From the human T2T-CHM13v2.0 reference genome, Homo sapiens, in the NCBI RefSeq assembly GCF_009914755.1, contig NC_060925.1: 64,000 bases of DNA. One strand, written 5' to 3'. A program made the translations under genes and the position numbers. This document shows, piece after piece, positions 27,377-42,762 of this stretch; the first letter of the stretch is position 1; each line of letters begins with the position of its first letter. The notes under the pieces were generated by a model. That model was not told where the DNA came from, made no database searches, and saw only the letters and a program-made list of their open reading frames with translations.

Positions 27377-30184
27377 AATGGAAATGAAAGGGGTCATCAT
27401 CTAATGGAATCGCATGGAATCATCATCAAATGGAATCGAAAGGAATCATCATCAAATGGAATCTAATGGAATCATTGAACAGAATTGAATGGAATCGTCA
27501 TCGAATGAATTGAATGCAATCATCGAATGGTCTCGAATGGAATCATCTTCTAATGGAAAGGAATGGAATCATCGCATAGAATCGAATGGAATTATCATCG
27601 AATGGAATCGAATGGTATCAACACCAAACGGAAAAAAACGGAATTATCGAATGGAATCGAAGAGAATCTTCGAACGGACCCGAATGGAATCATCTAATGG
27701 AATGGAATGGAATAATCCATGGACTCGAATGCAATCATCATCGAATGGAATCGAATGGAATCATCGAATGGACTCGAATGGAATAATCATTGAACGGAAT
27801 CGAATGGAATCATCATCGGATGGAAACGAATGGAATCATCATCGAATGGAAATGAAAGGAGTCATCATCTAATGGAATTGCATGGAATCATCATCAAATG
27901 GAATCGAATGGAATCAACATCAAATGGAATCAAATGGAATCATTGAACGGAATTGAATGGAATCGTCATCGAATGAATTGACTGCAATCATCGAATGGTC
28001 TCGAATGGAATCATCTTCAAATGGAATGGAATGGAATCATCCCATAGAATCGAATGGAATTATCATCGAATGGAATCGAATGGAATCAACATCAAACGGA
28101 AAAAAACGGAATTATCGAATGGAATCGAAGATAATCATCGAATGGACCCGAATGGAATCATCTAATGGAATGGAATGGAATAATCCATGGACTCGAATGC
28201 AATCATCATCGAATGGAATCGAATGGAATCATCGAATGGACTCGAATGGAATAATCATTGAACGGAATCGAATGGAATCATCATCGGATGGAAACGAATG
28301 GAATCATCATCGAATGGAAATGAAAGGAGTCATCATCTAATGGAATTGCATGGAATCATCATCAAATGGAATCGAATGGAATCAACATCAAATGGAATCA
28401 AATGGAATCATTGAACGGAATTTAATGGAATCGTCATCGAATGAATTGACTGCAATCATCCAATGGTCTCGAATGGAATCATCTTCAAATGGAATGGAAT
28501 GGAATCATCGCATAGAATCGAATGGAATTATCATCGAATGGAATCGAATGGAATCAACATCCAACGGAAAAAAACGGAATTATCGAATGGAATCGAAGAG
28601 AATCATCGAATGGACCCGAATGGAATCATCTAATGGAATGGAATGGAATAATCCATGGACTCGAATGCAATCATCATCGAATGGAATCGAATGGAATCAT
28701 CGAATGGACTCGAATGGAATAATCATTGAACGGAATCGAATGGAATCATCATCGGATGGAAACGAATGGAATCATCATCGAATGGAAATGAAAGGAGTCA
28801 TCATCTAATGGAATTGCATGGAATCATCATAAAATGGAATCGAATGGAATCAACATCAAATGGAATCAAATGGAATCATTGAACGGAATTGAATGGAATC
28901 GTCATCGAATGAATTGACTGCAATCATCCAATGGTCTCGAATGGAATCATCTTCAAATGGAATGGAATGGAATCATCGCATAGAATCGAATGGAATTATC
29001 ATCGAATGGAATCGAATGGAATCAACATCCAACGGAAAAAAACGGAATTATCGAATGGAATCGAAGAGAATCATCGAATGGACCCGAATGGAATCATCTA
29101 ATGGAATGGAATGGAATAATCCATGGACTCGAATGCAATCATCATCGAATGGAATCGAATGGAATCATCGAATGGACTCGAATGGAATAATCATTGAACG
29201 GAATCGAATGGAATCATCATCGGATGGAAACGAATGGAATCGTCATCGAATGGAAATGAAAGGAGTCATCATCTAATGGAATTGCATGGAATCATCATAA
29301 AATGGAATCGAATGGAATCAACATCAAATGGAATCAAATGGAATCATTGAACGGAATTGAATGGAATCGTCATCGAATGAATTGACTGCAATCATCCAAT
29401 GGTCTCGAATGGAATCATCTTCAAATGGAATGGAATGGAATCATCGCATAGAATCGAATGGAATTATCATCGAATGGAATCGAATGGAATCAACATCCAA
29501 CGGAAAAAAACGGAATTATCGAATGGAATCGAAGAGAATGATCGAATGGACCCGAATGGAATCATCTAATGGAATGGAATGGAATAATCCATGGACTCGA
29601 ATGCAATCATCATCGAATGGAATCGAATGGAATCATCGAATGGACTCGAATGGAATAATCATTGAACGGAATCGAATGGAATCATCATCGGATGGAAACG
29701 AATGGAATCATCATCGAATGGAAATGAAAGGAGTCATCATCTAATGGAATTGCATGGAATCATCATCAAATGGAATCGAATGGAATCAACATCAAATGGA
29801 ATCAAATGGAATCATTGAACGGAATTGAATGGAATCGTCATCGAATGAATTGACTGCAATCATCGAATGGTCTCGAATGGAATCATCTTCAAATGGAATG
29901 GAATGGAATCATCGCATAGAATCGAATGGAATTATCATCGAATGGAATCGAATGGAATCAACATCAAACGGAAAAAAACGGAATTATCGAATGGAATCGA
30001 AGAGAATCTTCGAAAGGACCCGAATGGAATCATCTAATGGAATGGAATGGAATAATCTATGGACTCGAATGCAATCATCATCGAATGGAATCGAATGGAA
30101 TCATTGAATGGACTCGAATGGAATAATCATTGAACGGAATCGAATGGAATCATCATCGGATGGAAATGAATGGAATCATCATCG
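27377..30184 (+). repeat. Six tandem 468-bp subunits (3,648-bp variant unit)
   Basis: MESSSNEL starts at 27489, 27957, 28425, 28893, 29361 and 29829, each 468 apart; no EcoRI site between 27329 and 30977. Confidence 0.95.
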
Positions 30185-31024
30185 AATGGAATCGAATAGA
30201 ATTATGGAATGAAATCCAGTGTGATCATCATCGAATGGACCCGAATGGAATCATCATCCAACGGAAGCTAATGGAATCAACATCGAATGAATCGAATGGA
30301 AACACCATCGAATTGAAACGAATGGAATTATCATGAAATTGAAATGGATGGACTCATCATCGGATGGATTCGAATGGAATCATCGAATAAAATTGAATGA
30401 AATCATCATCGAATGGAATCGAATGGTATCATTGAATGGAATCGAATGGAATCATCATCAGATGGAAATGAATGGAATCGTCATAGAATGGAATCGAATG
30501 GATTCATTGAATGGAATCAGATGGAATCATCGAATGGACTGGAATGGAATCATTGAATGGACTCGAAAGGGATCATGATTGAATGGAATTGAATGGAATC
30601 ATCGAATGGTCTCGATTGGAATCATTATCAAATGGAATCGAATGGAATCACCGAATAGAATCGAATGGAACAGTCATCGCATGGACTCAAATGGAATTAT
30701 CCTCAAATGGAATCGAATGGAATTATCGAATGCAATCGAATGGAATTATCGAATGCAATCGAATAGAATCATCGAATGGACTCGAATGGAATCATCGAAT
30801 GGAATGGAATGGAACAGTCAATGAACTCGAATGGAATCATCACTGAATGGAATCGAATGGAATCATCGAGTGGAATCGAATGGAATTATGATCAAATGGA
30901 ATCGAATGTAATCATCATCAAATGGAATCAAAAATAACCATCATCAATTGGTATTGAATGGAATTGTCATCAAATGGAATTCAAAGGAATCATCATCAAA
31001 TGGAACCGAATGGAATCCTCATTG

Positions 31025-32428
31025 AATGGAAATGAAAGGGGTCATCATCTAATGGAATCGCATGGAATCATCATCAAATGGAATCGAATGGAATCATCAT
31101 CAAATGGAATCTAATGGAATCATTGAACAGAATTGAATGGAATCGTCATCGAATGAATTGAATGCAATAATCGAATGGTCTCGAATGGAATCATCTTCTA
31201 ATGGAAAGGAATGGAATCATCGCATAGAATCGAATGGAATTATCATCGAATGGAATCGAATGGTATCAACACCAAACGGAAAAAAACGGAATTATCGAAT
31301 GGAATCGAAGAGAATCTTCGAACGGACCCGAATGGAATCATCTAATGGAATGGAATGGAATAATCCATGGACTCGAATGCAATCATCATCGAATGGAATC
31401 GAATGGAATCATCGAATGGACTCGAATGGAATAATCATTGAACGGAATCGATTGGAATCATCATCGGATGGAAACGAATGGAATCATCATCGAATGGAAA
31501 TGAAAGGAGTCATCATCTAATGGAATTGCATGGAATCATCATAAAATGGAATCGAATGGAATCAACATCAAATGGAATCAAATGGAATCATTGAACGGAA
31601 TTGAATGGAATCGTCATCGAATGAATTGACTGCAATCATCCAATGGTCTCGAATGGAATCATCTTCAAATGGAATGGAATGGAATCATCGCATAGAATCG
31701 AATGGAATTATCATCGAATGGAATCGAATGGAATCAACATCCAACGGAAAAAAACGGAATTATCGAATGGAATCGAAGAGAATCATCGAATGGACCCGAA
31801 TGGAATCATCTAATGGAATGGAATGGAATAATCCATGGACTCGAATGCAATCATCATCGAATGGAATCGAATGGAATCATCGAATGGACTCGAATGGAAT
31901 AATCATTGAACGGAATCGAATGGAATCATCATCGGATGGAAACGAATGGAATCATCATCGAATGGAAATGAAAGGAGTCATCATCTAATGGAATTGCATG
32001 GAATCATCATAAAATGGAATCGAATGGAATCAACATCAAATGGAATCAAATGGAATCATTGAACGGAATTGAATGGAATCGTCATCGAATGAATTGACTG
32101 CAATCATCCAATGGTCTCGAATGGAATCATCTTCAAATGGAATGGAATGGAATCGTCGCATAGAATCGAATGGAATTATCATCGAATGGAATCGAATGGA
32201 ATCAACATCAAACGGAAAAAAACGGAATTATCGAATGGAATCGAAGAGAATCATCGAATGGACCCTAATGGTATCATCTAATGGAATGGAATGGAATAAT
32301 CCATGGACTCGAATGCAATCATCATCGAATGGAATCGAATGGAATCATCGAATGGACTCGAATGGAATAATCATTGAACGGAATCGAATGGAATCATCAT
32401 CGGATGGAAACGAATGGAATCATCATCG
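31025..32428 (+). repeat. Three tandem 468-bp subunits (2,244-bp variant unit)
   Basis: ORF starts 31137, 31605, 32073; EcoRI spacing 30977 to 33221 = 2244. Confidence 0.94.
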
Positions 32429-34996
32429 AATGGAATCGAATAGAATTATGGAATGAAATCCAGTGTGATCATCATCGAATGGACCCGAATGGAATCATCA
32501 TCCAACGGAAGCTAATGGAATCAACATCGAATGAATCGAATGGAAACACCATCGAATTGAAACGAATGGAATTATCATGAAATTGAAATGGATGGACTCA
32601 TCATCGAATGGATTCGAATGGAATCATCGAATAAAATTGAATGAAATCATCATCGAATGGAATCGAATGGTATCATTGAATGGAATCGAATGGAATCATC
32701 ATCAGATGGAAATGAATGGAATCGTCATAGAATGGAATCGAATGGATTCATTGAATGGAATCAGATGGAATCATCGAATGGACTGGAATGGAATCATTGA
32801 ATGGACTCGAAAGGGATCATGATTGAATGGAATTGAATGGAATCATCGAATGGTCTCGATTGGAATCATTATCAAATGGAATCGAATGGAATCACCGAAT
32901 AGAATCGAATGGAACAGTCATCGCATGGACTCAAATGGAATTATCCTCAAATGGAATCGAATGGAATTATCGAATGCAATCAAATGGAATTATCGAATGC
33001 AATCGAATAGAATCATCGAATGGACTCGAATGGAATCATCGAATGGAATGGAATGGAACAGTTAATGAACTCGAATGGAATCATCATTGAATGGAATCGA
33101 ATGGAATCATCGAGTGGAATCGAATGGAATTATGATCAAATGGAATCGAATGTAATCATCATCAAATGGAATCAAAAATAACCATCAACAATTGGTATTG
33201 AATGGAATTGTCATCAAATGGAATTCAAAGGAATCATCATCAAATGGAACCGAATGGAATCCTCATTGAATGGAAATGAAAGGGGTCATCATCTAATGGA
33301 ATCGCATGGAATCATCATCAAATGGAATCGAATGGAATCATCATCAAATGGAATCTAATGGAATCATTGAACAGAATTGAATGGAATCGTCATCGAATGA
33401 ATTGAATGCAATCATCGAATGGTCTCGAATGGAATCATCTTCTAATGGAAAGGAATGGAATCATCGCATAGAATCGAATGGAATTATCATCGAATGGAAT
33501 CGAATGGTATCAACACCAAACGGAAAAAAACGGAATTATCGAATGGAATCGAAGAGAATCTTCGAACGGACCCGAATGGAATCATCTAATGGAATGGAAT
33601 GGAATAATCCATGGACTCGAATGCAATCATCATCGAATGGAATGGAATGGAATCATCGAATGGACTCGAATGGAATAATCATTGAACGGAATCGAATGGA
33701 ATCATCATCGGATGGAAACGAATGGAATCATCATCGAATGGAAATGAAAGGAGTCATCATCTAATGGGATTGCATGGAATCATCATAAAATGGAATCGAA
33801 TGGAATCAACATCAAATGGAATCAAATGGAATCATTGAACGGAATTGAATGGAATCGTCATCGAATGAATTGACTGCAATCATCGAATGGTCTCGAATGG
33901 AATCATCTTCAAATGGAATGGAATGGAATCATCGCATAGAATCGAATGGAATTATCATCGAATGGAATCGAATGGAATCAACATCAAACGGAAAAAAACA
34001 GAATTATCGTATGGAATCGAAGAGAATCATCGAATGGACCCGAATGGAATCATCTAATGGAATGGAATGGAATAATCCATGGACTCGAATGCAATCATCA
34101 TCGAATGGAATCGAATGGAATCATCGAATGGACTCGAATGGAATAATCATTGAACGGAATCGAATGGAATCATCATCGGATGGAAATGAATGGAATCATC
34201 ATCGAATGGAATCGAATAGAATTATGGAATGAAATCCAGTGTGATCATCATCGAATGGACCCGAATGGAAACATCATCCAACGGAAGCTAATGGAATCAA
34301 CATCGAATGAATCGAATGGAAACACCATCGAATTGAAACGAATGGAATTATCATGAAATTGAAATGGATGGACTCATCATCGAATGGATTCGAATGGAAT
34401 CATCGAATAAAATTGATTGAAATCATCATCGAATGGAATCGAATGGTATCATTGAATGGAATCGAATGGAATCATCATCAGATGGAAATGAATGGAATCG
34501 TCATAGAATGGAATCGAATGGATTCATTGAATGGAATCAGATGGAATCATCGAATGGACTGGAATGGAATCATTGAATGGACTCGAAAGGGATCATGATT
34601 GAATGGAATTGAATGGAATCATCGAATGGTCTCGATTGGAATCATTATCAAATGGAATCGAATGGAATCACCGAATAGAATCGAATGGAACAATCATCGA
34701 ATGGACTCAAATGGAATTATCCTCAAATGGAATCGAATGGAATTATCGAATGCAATCGAATGGAATTATCGAATGCAATCGAATAGAATCATCGAATGGA
34801 CTCGAATGGAATCATCGAATGGAATGGAATGGAACAGTCAATGAACTCGAATGGAATCATCATTGAATGGAATCGAATGGAATCATCGAGTGGAATCGAA
34901 TGGAATTATGATCAAATGGAATCGAATGTAATCATCATCAAATGGAATCAAAAATAACCATCATCAATTGGTATTGAATGGAATTGTCATCAAATG

Positions 34997-36769
34997 GAAT
35001 TCAAAGGAATCATCATCAAATGGAACCGAATGGAATCCTCATTGAATGGAAATGAAAGGGGTCATCATCTAATGGAATCGCATGGAATCATCATCAAATG
35101 GAATCGAATGGAATCATCATCAAATGGAATCTAATGGAATCATTGAACAGAATTGAATGGAATCGTCATCGAATGAATTGAATGCAATCATCGAATGGTC
35201 TCGAATGGAATCATCTTCTAATGGAAAGGAATGGAATCATCGCATAGAATCGAATGGAATTATCATCGAATGGAATCGAATGGTATCAACACCAAACGGA
35301 AAAAAACGGAATTATCGAATGGAATCGAAGAGAATCTTCGAACGGACCCGAATGGAATCATCTAATGGAATGGAATGGAATAATCCATGGACTCGAATGC
35401 AATCATCATCGAATGGAATCGAATGGAGTCATCGAATGGACTCGAATGGAATAATCATTGAACGGAATCGAATGGAATCATCATCGGATGGAAACGAATG
35501 GAATCATCATCGAATGGAAATGAAAGGAGTCATCATCTAATGGAATTGCATGGAATCATCATAAAATGGAATCGAATGGAATCAACATCAAATGGAATCA
35601 AATGGAATCATTGAACGGAATTGAATGGAATCGTCATCGAATGAATTGACTGCAATCATCGAATGGTCTCGAATGGAATCATCTTCAAATGGAATGGAAT
35701 GGAATCATCGCATAGAATCGAATGGAATTATCATCGAATGGAATCGAATGGAATCAACATCAAACGGAAAAAAACAGAATTATCGTATGGAATCTAAGAG
35801 AATCATCGAATGGACCCGAATGGAATTATCTAATGGAATGGAATGGAATAATTCATGGACTCGAATGCAATCATCATCGAATGGAATCGAATGGAATCAT
35901 CGAATGGACTCGAATGGAATAATCATTGAACGGAATCGAATGGAATCATCATCGGATGGAAACGAATGGAATCATCATCGAATGGAATCGAATAGAATTA
36001 TGGAATGAAATCCAGTGTGATCATCATCGAATGGACCCGAATGGAATCATCATCCAACGGAAGCTAATGGAATCAACATCGAATGAATCGAATGGAAACA
36101 CCATCGAATTGAAACGAATGGAATTATCATGAAATTGAAATGGATGGACACATCATCGAATGGATTCGAATGGAATCATCGAATAAAATTGATTGAAATC
36201 ATCATCCAATGGAATCGAATGGTATCATTGAATGGAATCGAATGGAATCATCATCAGATGGAAATGAATGGAATCGTCATAGAATGGAATCGAATGGATT
36301 CATTGAATGGAATCAGATGGAATCATCGAATGGACTGGAATGGAATCATTGAATGGACTCGAAAGGGATCATGATTGAATGGAATTGAATGGAATCATCG
36401 AATGGTCTCGATTGGAATCATTATCAAATGGAATCGAATGGAATCACCGAATAGAATCGAATGGAACAATCATCGAATGGACTCAAATGGAATTATCCTC
36501 AAATGGAATCGAATGGAATTATCGAATGCAATCGAATGGAATTATCGAATGCAATCGAATAGAATCATCGAAAGGACTCGAATGGAATCATCGAATGGAA
36601 TGGAATGGAACAGTCAATGAACTCGAATGGAATCATCATTGAATGGAATCGAATGGAATCATCGAGTGGAATCGAATGGAATTATCAAATGGAATCGAAT
36701 GTAATCATCATCAAATGGAATCAAAAATAACCATCATCAATTGGTATTGAATGGAATTGTCATCAAATG
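34997..36769 (+). repeat. 1,773-bp variant unit (3-bp deletion near 36685)
   Basis: GGAATTATCAAATGG at about 36678 versus consensus GGAATTATGATCAAATGG; ORF spacing 35157 to 36930 = 1773. Confidence 0.92.
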
Positions 36770-39700
36770 GAATTCAAAGGAATCATCATCAAATGGAACC
36801 GAATGGAATCCTCATTGAATGGAAATGAAAGGGGTCATCATCTAATGGAATCGCATGGAATCATCATCAAATGGAATCGAATGGAATCATCATCAAATGG
36901 AATCTAATGGAATCATTGAACAGAATTGAATGGAATCGTCATCGAATGAATTGAATGCAATCATCGAATGGTCTCGAATGGAATCATCTTCTAATGGAAA
37001 GGAATGGAATCATCGCATAGAATCGAATGGAATTATCATCGAATGGAATCGAATGGTATCAACACCAAACGGAAAAAAACGGAATTATCGAATGGAATCG
37101 AAGAGAATCTTCGAACGGACCCGAATGGAATCATCTAATGGAATGGAATGGAATAATCCATGGACTCGAATGCAATCATCATCGAATGGAATCGAATGGA
37201 ATCATCGAATGGACTCGAATGGAATAATCATTGAACGGAATCGAATGGAATCATCATCGGATGGAAACGAATGGAATCATCATCGAATGGAAATGAAAGG
37301 AGTCATCATCTAATGGAATTGCATGGAATCATCATCAAATGGAATCGAATGGAATCAACATCAAATGGAATCAAATGGAATCATTGAACGGAATTGAATG
37401 GAATCGTCATCGAATGAATTGACTGCAATCATCGAATGGTCTCGAATGGAATCATCTTCAAATGGAATGGAATGGAATCATCGCATAGAATCGAATGGAA
37501 TTATCATCGAATGGAATCGAATGGAATCAACATCAAACGGAAAAAAACGGAATTATCGAATGGAATCGAAGAGAATCATCGAATGGACCCGAATGGAATC
37601 ATCTAATGGAATGGAATGGAATAATCCATGGACTCGAATGCAATCATCATCGAATGGAATCGAATGGAATCATCGAATGGACTCGAATGGAATAATCATT
37701 GAACGGAATCGAATGGAATCATCATCGGATGGAAATGAATGGAATCATCATCGAATGGAATCGAATAGAATTATGGAATGAAATCCAGTGTGATAATCAT
37801 CGAATGGACCCGAATGGAATCATCATCCAACGGAAGCTAATGGAATCAACATCGAATGAATCGAATGGAAACACCATCGAATTGAAACGAATGGAATTAT
37901 CTTGAAATTGAAATGGATGGACTCATCATCGAATGGATTCGAATGGAATCATCGAATAAATTTGATTGAAATCATCATCCAATGGAATCGAATGGTATCA
38001 TTGAATGGAATCGAATGGAATCATCATCAGATGGAAATGAATGGAATCGTCATAGAATGGAATCGAATGGATTCATTGAATGGAATCAGATGGAATCATC
38101 GAATGGACTGGAATGGAATCATTGAATGGACTCGAAAGGGATCATGATTGAATGGAATTGAATGGAATCATCGAATGGTCTCGATTGGAATCATTATCAA
38201 ATGGAATCGAATGGAATCACCGAATAGAATCGAATGGAACAATCATCGAATGGACTCAAATGGAATTATCCTCCAATGGAATCGAATGGAATTATCGAAT
38301 GCAATCGAATGGAATTATCCAATGCAATCGAATAGAATCATCGAATGGACTCGAATGGAATCATCGAATGGAATGGAATGGAACAGTCAATGAACTCGAA
38401 TGGAATCATCATTGAATGGAATCGAATGGAATCATCGAGTGGAATCGAATGGAATTATGATCAAATGGAATCGAATGTAATCATCATCAAATGGAATCAA
38501 AAATAACCATCATCAATTGGTATTGAATGGAATTGTCATCAAATGGAATTCAAAGGAATCATCATCAAATGGAACCGAATGGAATCCTCATTGAATGGAA
38601 ATGAAAGGGGTCATCATCTAATGGAATCGCATGGAATCATCATCAAATGGAATCGAATGGAATCATCATCAAATGGAATCTAATGGAATCATTGAACAGA
38701 ATTGAATGGAATCGTCATCGAATGAATTGAATGCAATAATCGAATGGTCTCGAATGGAATCATCTTCTAATGGAAAGGAATGGAATCATCGCATAGAATC
38801 CAATGGAATTATCATCGAATGGAATCGAATGGTATCAACACCAAAAGGAAAAAAACGGAATTATCGAATGGAATCGAAGAGAATCTTCGAACGGACCCGA
38901 ATGGAATCATCTAATGGAATGGAATGGAATAATCCATGGACTCGAATGCAATCATCATCGAATGGAATCGAATGGAATCATCGAATGGACTCGAATGGAA
39001 TAATCATTGAACGGAATCGATTGGAATCATCATCGGATGGAAACGAATGGAATCATCATCGAATGGAAATGAAAGGAGTCATCATCTAATGGAATTGCAT
39101 GGAATCATCATAAAATGGAATCGAATGGAATCAACATCAAATGGAATCAAATGGAATCATTGAACGGAATTGAATGGAATCGTCATCGAATGAATTGACT
39201 GCAATCATCGAATGGTCTCGAATGGAATCATCTTCAAATGGAATGGAATGGAATCATCGCATAGAATCGAATGGAATTATCATCGAATGGAATCGAATGG
39301 AATCAACATCCAACGGAAAAAAACGGAATTATCGAATGGAATCGAAGAGAATCATCGAATGGACCCGAATGGAATCATCTAATGGAATGGAATGGAATAA
39401 TCCATGGACTCGAATGCAATCATCATCGAATGGAATCGAATGGAATCATAGAATGGACTCGAATGGAATAATCATTGAACGGAATCGAATGGAATCATCA
39501 TCGGATGGAAATGAATGGAATCATCATCGAATGGAATCGAATAGTATTATGGAATGAAATCCAGTGTGATCATCATCGAATGGACCCGAATGGAATCATC
39601 ATCCAACGGAAGCTAATGGAATCAACATCGAATGAATCAAATGGAAACACCATCGAATTGAAACGAATGGAATTAACATGAAATTGAAATGGATGGACTC

Positions 39701-42700
39701 ATCATCGAATGGATTCGAATGGAATCATCGAATAAAATTGATTGAAATCATCATCGAATGGAATCGAATGGTATCATTGAATGGAATCGAATGGAATCAT
39801 CATCAGATGGAAATGAATGGAATCGTCATAGAATGGAATCGAATGGATTCATTGAATGGAATCAGATGGAATCATCGAATGGACTGGAATGGAATCATTG
39901 AATGGACTCGAAAGGGATCATGATTGAATGGAATTGAATGGAATCATCGAATGGTCTCGATTGGAATCATTATCAAATGGAATCGAATGGAATCACCGAA
40001 TAGAATCGAATGGAACAATCATCGAATGGACTCAAATGGAATTATCCTCCAATGGAATCGAATGGAATTATCGAATGCAATCGAATGGAATTATCCAATG
40101 CAATCGAATAGAATCATCGAATGGACTCGAATGGAATCATCGAATGGAATGGAATGGAACAGTCAATGAACTCGAATGGAATCATCATTGAATGGAATCG
40201 AATGGAATCATCGAGTGGAATCGAATGGAATTATGATCAAATGGAATCGAATGTAATCATCATCAAATGGAATCAAAAATAACCATCATCAATTGGTATT
40301 GAATGGAATTGTCATCAAATGGAATTCAAAGGAATCATCATCAAATGGAACCGAATGGAATCCTCATTGAATGGAAATGAAAGGGGTCATCATCTAATGG
40401 AATCGCATGGAATCATCATCAAATGGAATCGAATGGAATCATCATCAAATGGAATCTAATGGAATCATTGAACAGAATTGAATGGAATCGTCATCGAATG
40501 AATTGAATGCAATCATCGAATGGTCTCGAATGGAATCATCTTCTAATGGAAAGGAATGGAATCATCGCATAGAATCGAATGGAATTATCATCGAATGGAA
40601 TCGAATGGTATCAACACCAAACGGAAAAAAACGGAATTATCGAATGGAATCGAAGAGAATCTTCGAACGGACCCGAATGGAATCATCTAATGGAATGGAA
40701 TGGAATAATCCATGGACTCGAATGCAATCATCATCGAATGGAATCGAATGGAATCATCGAATGGACTCGAATGGAATAATCATTGAACGGAATCGAATGG
40801 AATCATCATCGGATGGAAACGAATGGAATCATCATCGAATGGAAATGAAAGGAGTCATCATCTAATGGAATTGCATGGAATCATCATAAAATGGAATCGA
40901 ATGGAATCAACATCAAATGGAATCAAATGGAATCATTGAACGGAATTGAATGGAATCGTCATCGAATGAATTGACTGCAATCATCGAATGGTCTCGAATG
41001 GAATCATCTTCAAATGGAATGGAATGGAATCATCGCATAGAATCGAATGGAATTATCATCGAATGGAATCGAATGGAATCATCATCAAACGGAAAAATAC
41101 GGAATTATCGAATGGAATCGAAGAGGATCATCGAATGGACCCGAATGGAATCATCTAATGGAATGGAATGGAATAATCCATGGACTCGAATGCAATCATC
41201 ATCGAATGGAATCGAATGGAATCATCGAATGGACTCGAATGGAATAATCATTGAACGGAATCGAATGGAATCATCATCGGATGGAAATGAATGGAATCAT
41301 CATCGAATGGAATCGAATAGAATTATGGAATGAAATCCAGTGTGATCATCATCGAATGGACCCGAATGGAATCATCATCCAACGGAAGCTAATGGAATCA
41401 ACATCGAATGAATCGAATGGAAACACCATCGAATTGAAACGAATGGAATTATCATGAAATTGAAATGGATGGACTCATCATCGAATGGATTCGAATGGAA
41501 TCATCGAATAAAATTGATTGAAATCATCATCGAATGGAATCGAATGGTATCATTGAATGGAATCGAATGGAATCATCATCAGATGGAAATGAATGGAATC
41601 GTCATAGAATGGAATCGAATGGATTCATTGAATGGAATCAGATGGAATCATCGAATGGACTGGAATGGAATCATTGAATGGACTCGAAAGGGATCATGAT
41701 TGAATGGAATTGAATGGAATCATCGAATGGTCTCGATTGGAATCATTATCAAATGGAATCGAATGGAATCACCGAATAGAATCGAATGGAACAATCATCG
41801 AATGGACTCAAATGGAATTATCCTCAAATGGAATCGAATGGAATTATCGAATGCAATCGAATGGAATTATCGAATGCAATCGAATAGAATCATCGAAAGG
41901 ACTCGAATGGAATCATCGAATGGAATGGAATGGAACAGTCAATGAACTCGAATGGAATCATCATTGAATGGAATCGAATGGAATCATCGAGTGGAATCGA
42001 ATGGAATTATGATCAAATGGAATCGAATGTAATCATCATCAAATGGAATCAAAAATAACCATCATCAATTGGTATTGAATGCAATTGTCATCAAATGGAA
42101 TTCAAAGGAATCATCATCAAATGGAACCGAATGGAATCCTCATTGAATGGAAATGAAAGGGGTCATCATCTAATGGAATCGCATGGAATCATCATCAAAT
42201 GGAATCGAATGGAATCATCATCAAATGGAATCTAATGGAATCATTGAACAGAATTGAATGGAATCGTCATCGAATGAATTGAATGCAATCATCGAATGGT
42301 CTCGAATGGAATCATCTTCTAATGGAAAGGAATGGAATCATCGCATAGAATCGAATGGAATTATCATCGAATGGAATCGAATGGTATCAACACCAAACGG
42401 AAAAAAACGGAATTATCGAATGGAATCGAAGAGAATCATCGAATGGACCCGAATGGAATCATCTAATGGAATGGAATGGAATAATCCATGGACTCGAATG
42501 CAATCATCATCGAATGGAATCGAATGGAATCATCGAATGGACTCGAATGGAATAATCATTGAACGGAATCGAATGGAATCATCATCGGATGGAAACGAAT
42601 GGAATCATCATCGAATGGAAATGAAAGGAGTCATCATCTAATGGAATTGCATGGAATTATCATCAAATGGAATCGAATGGAATCAACATCAAATGGAATC

Positions 42701-42762
42701 AAATGGAATCATTGAACGGAATTGAATGGAATCGTCATCGAATGAATTGACTGCAATCATCG

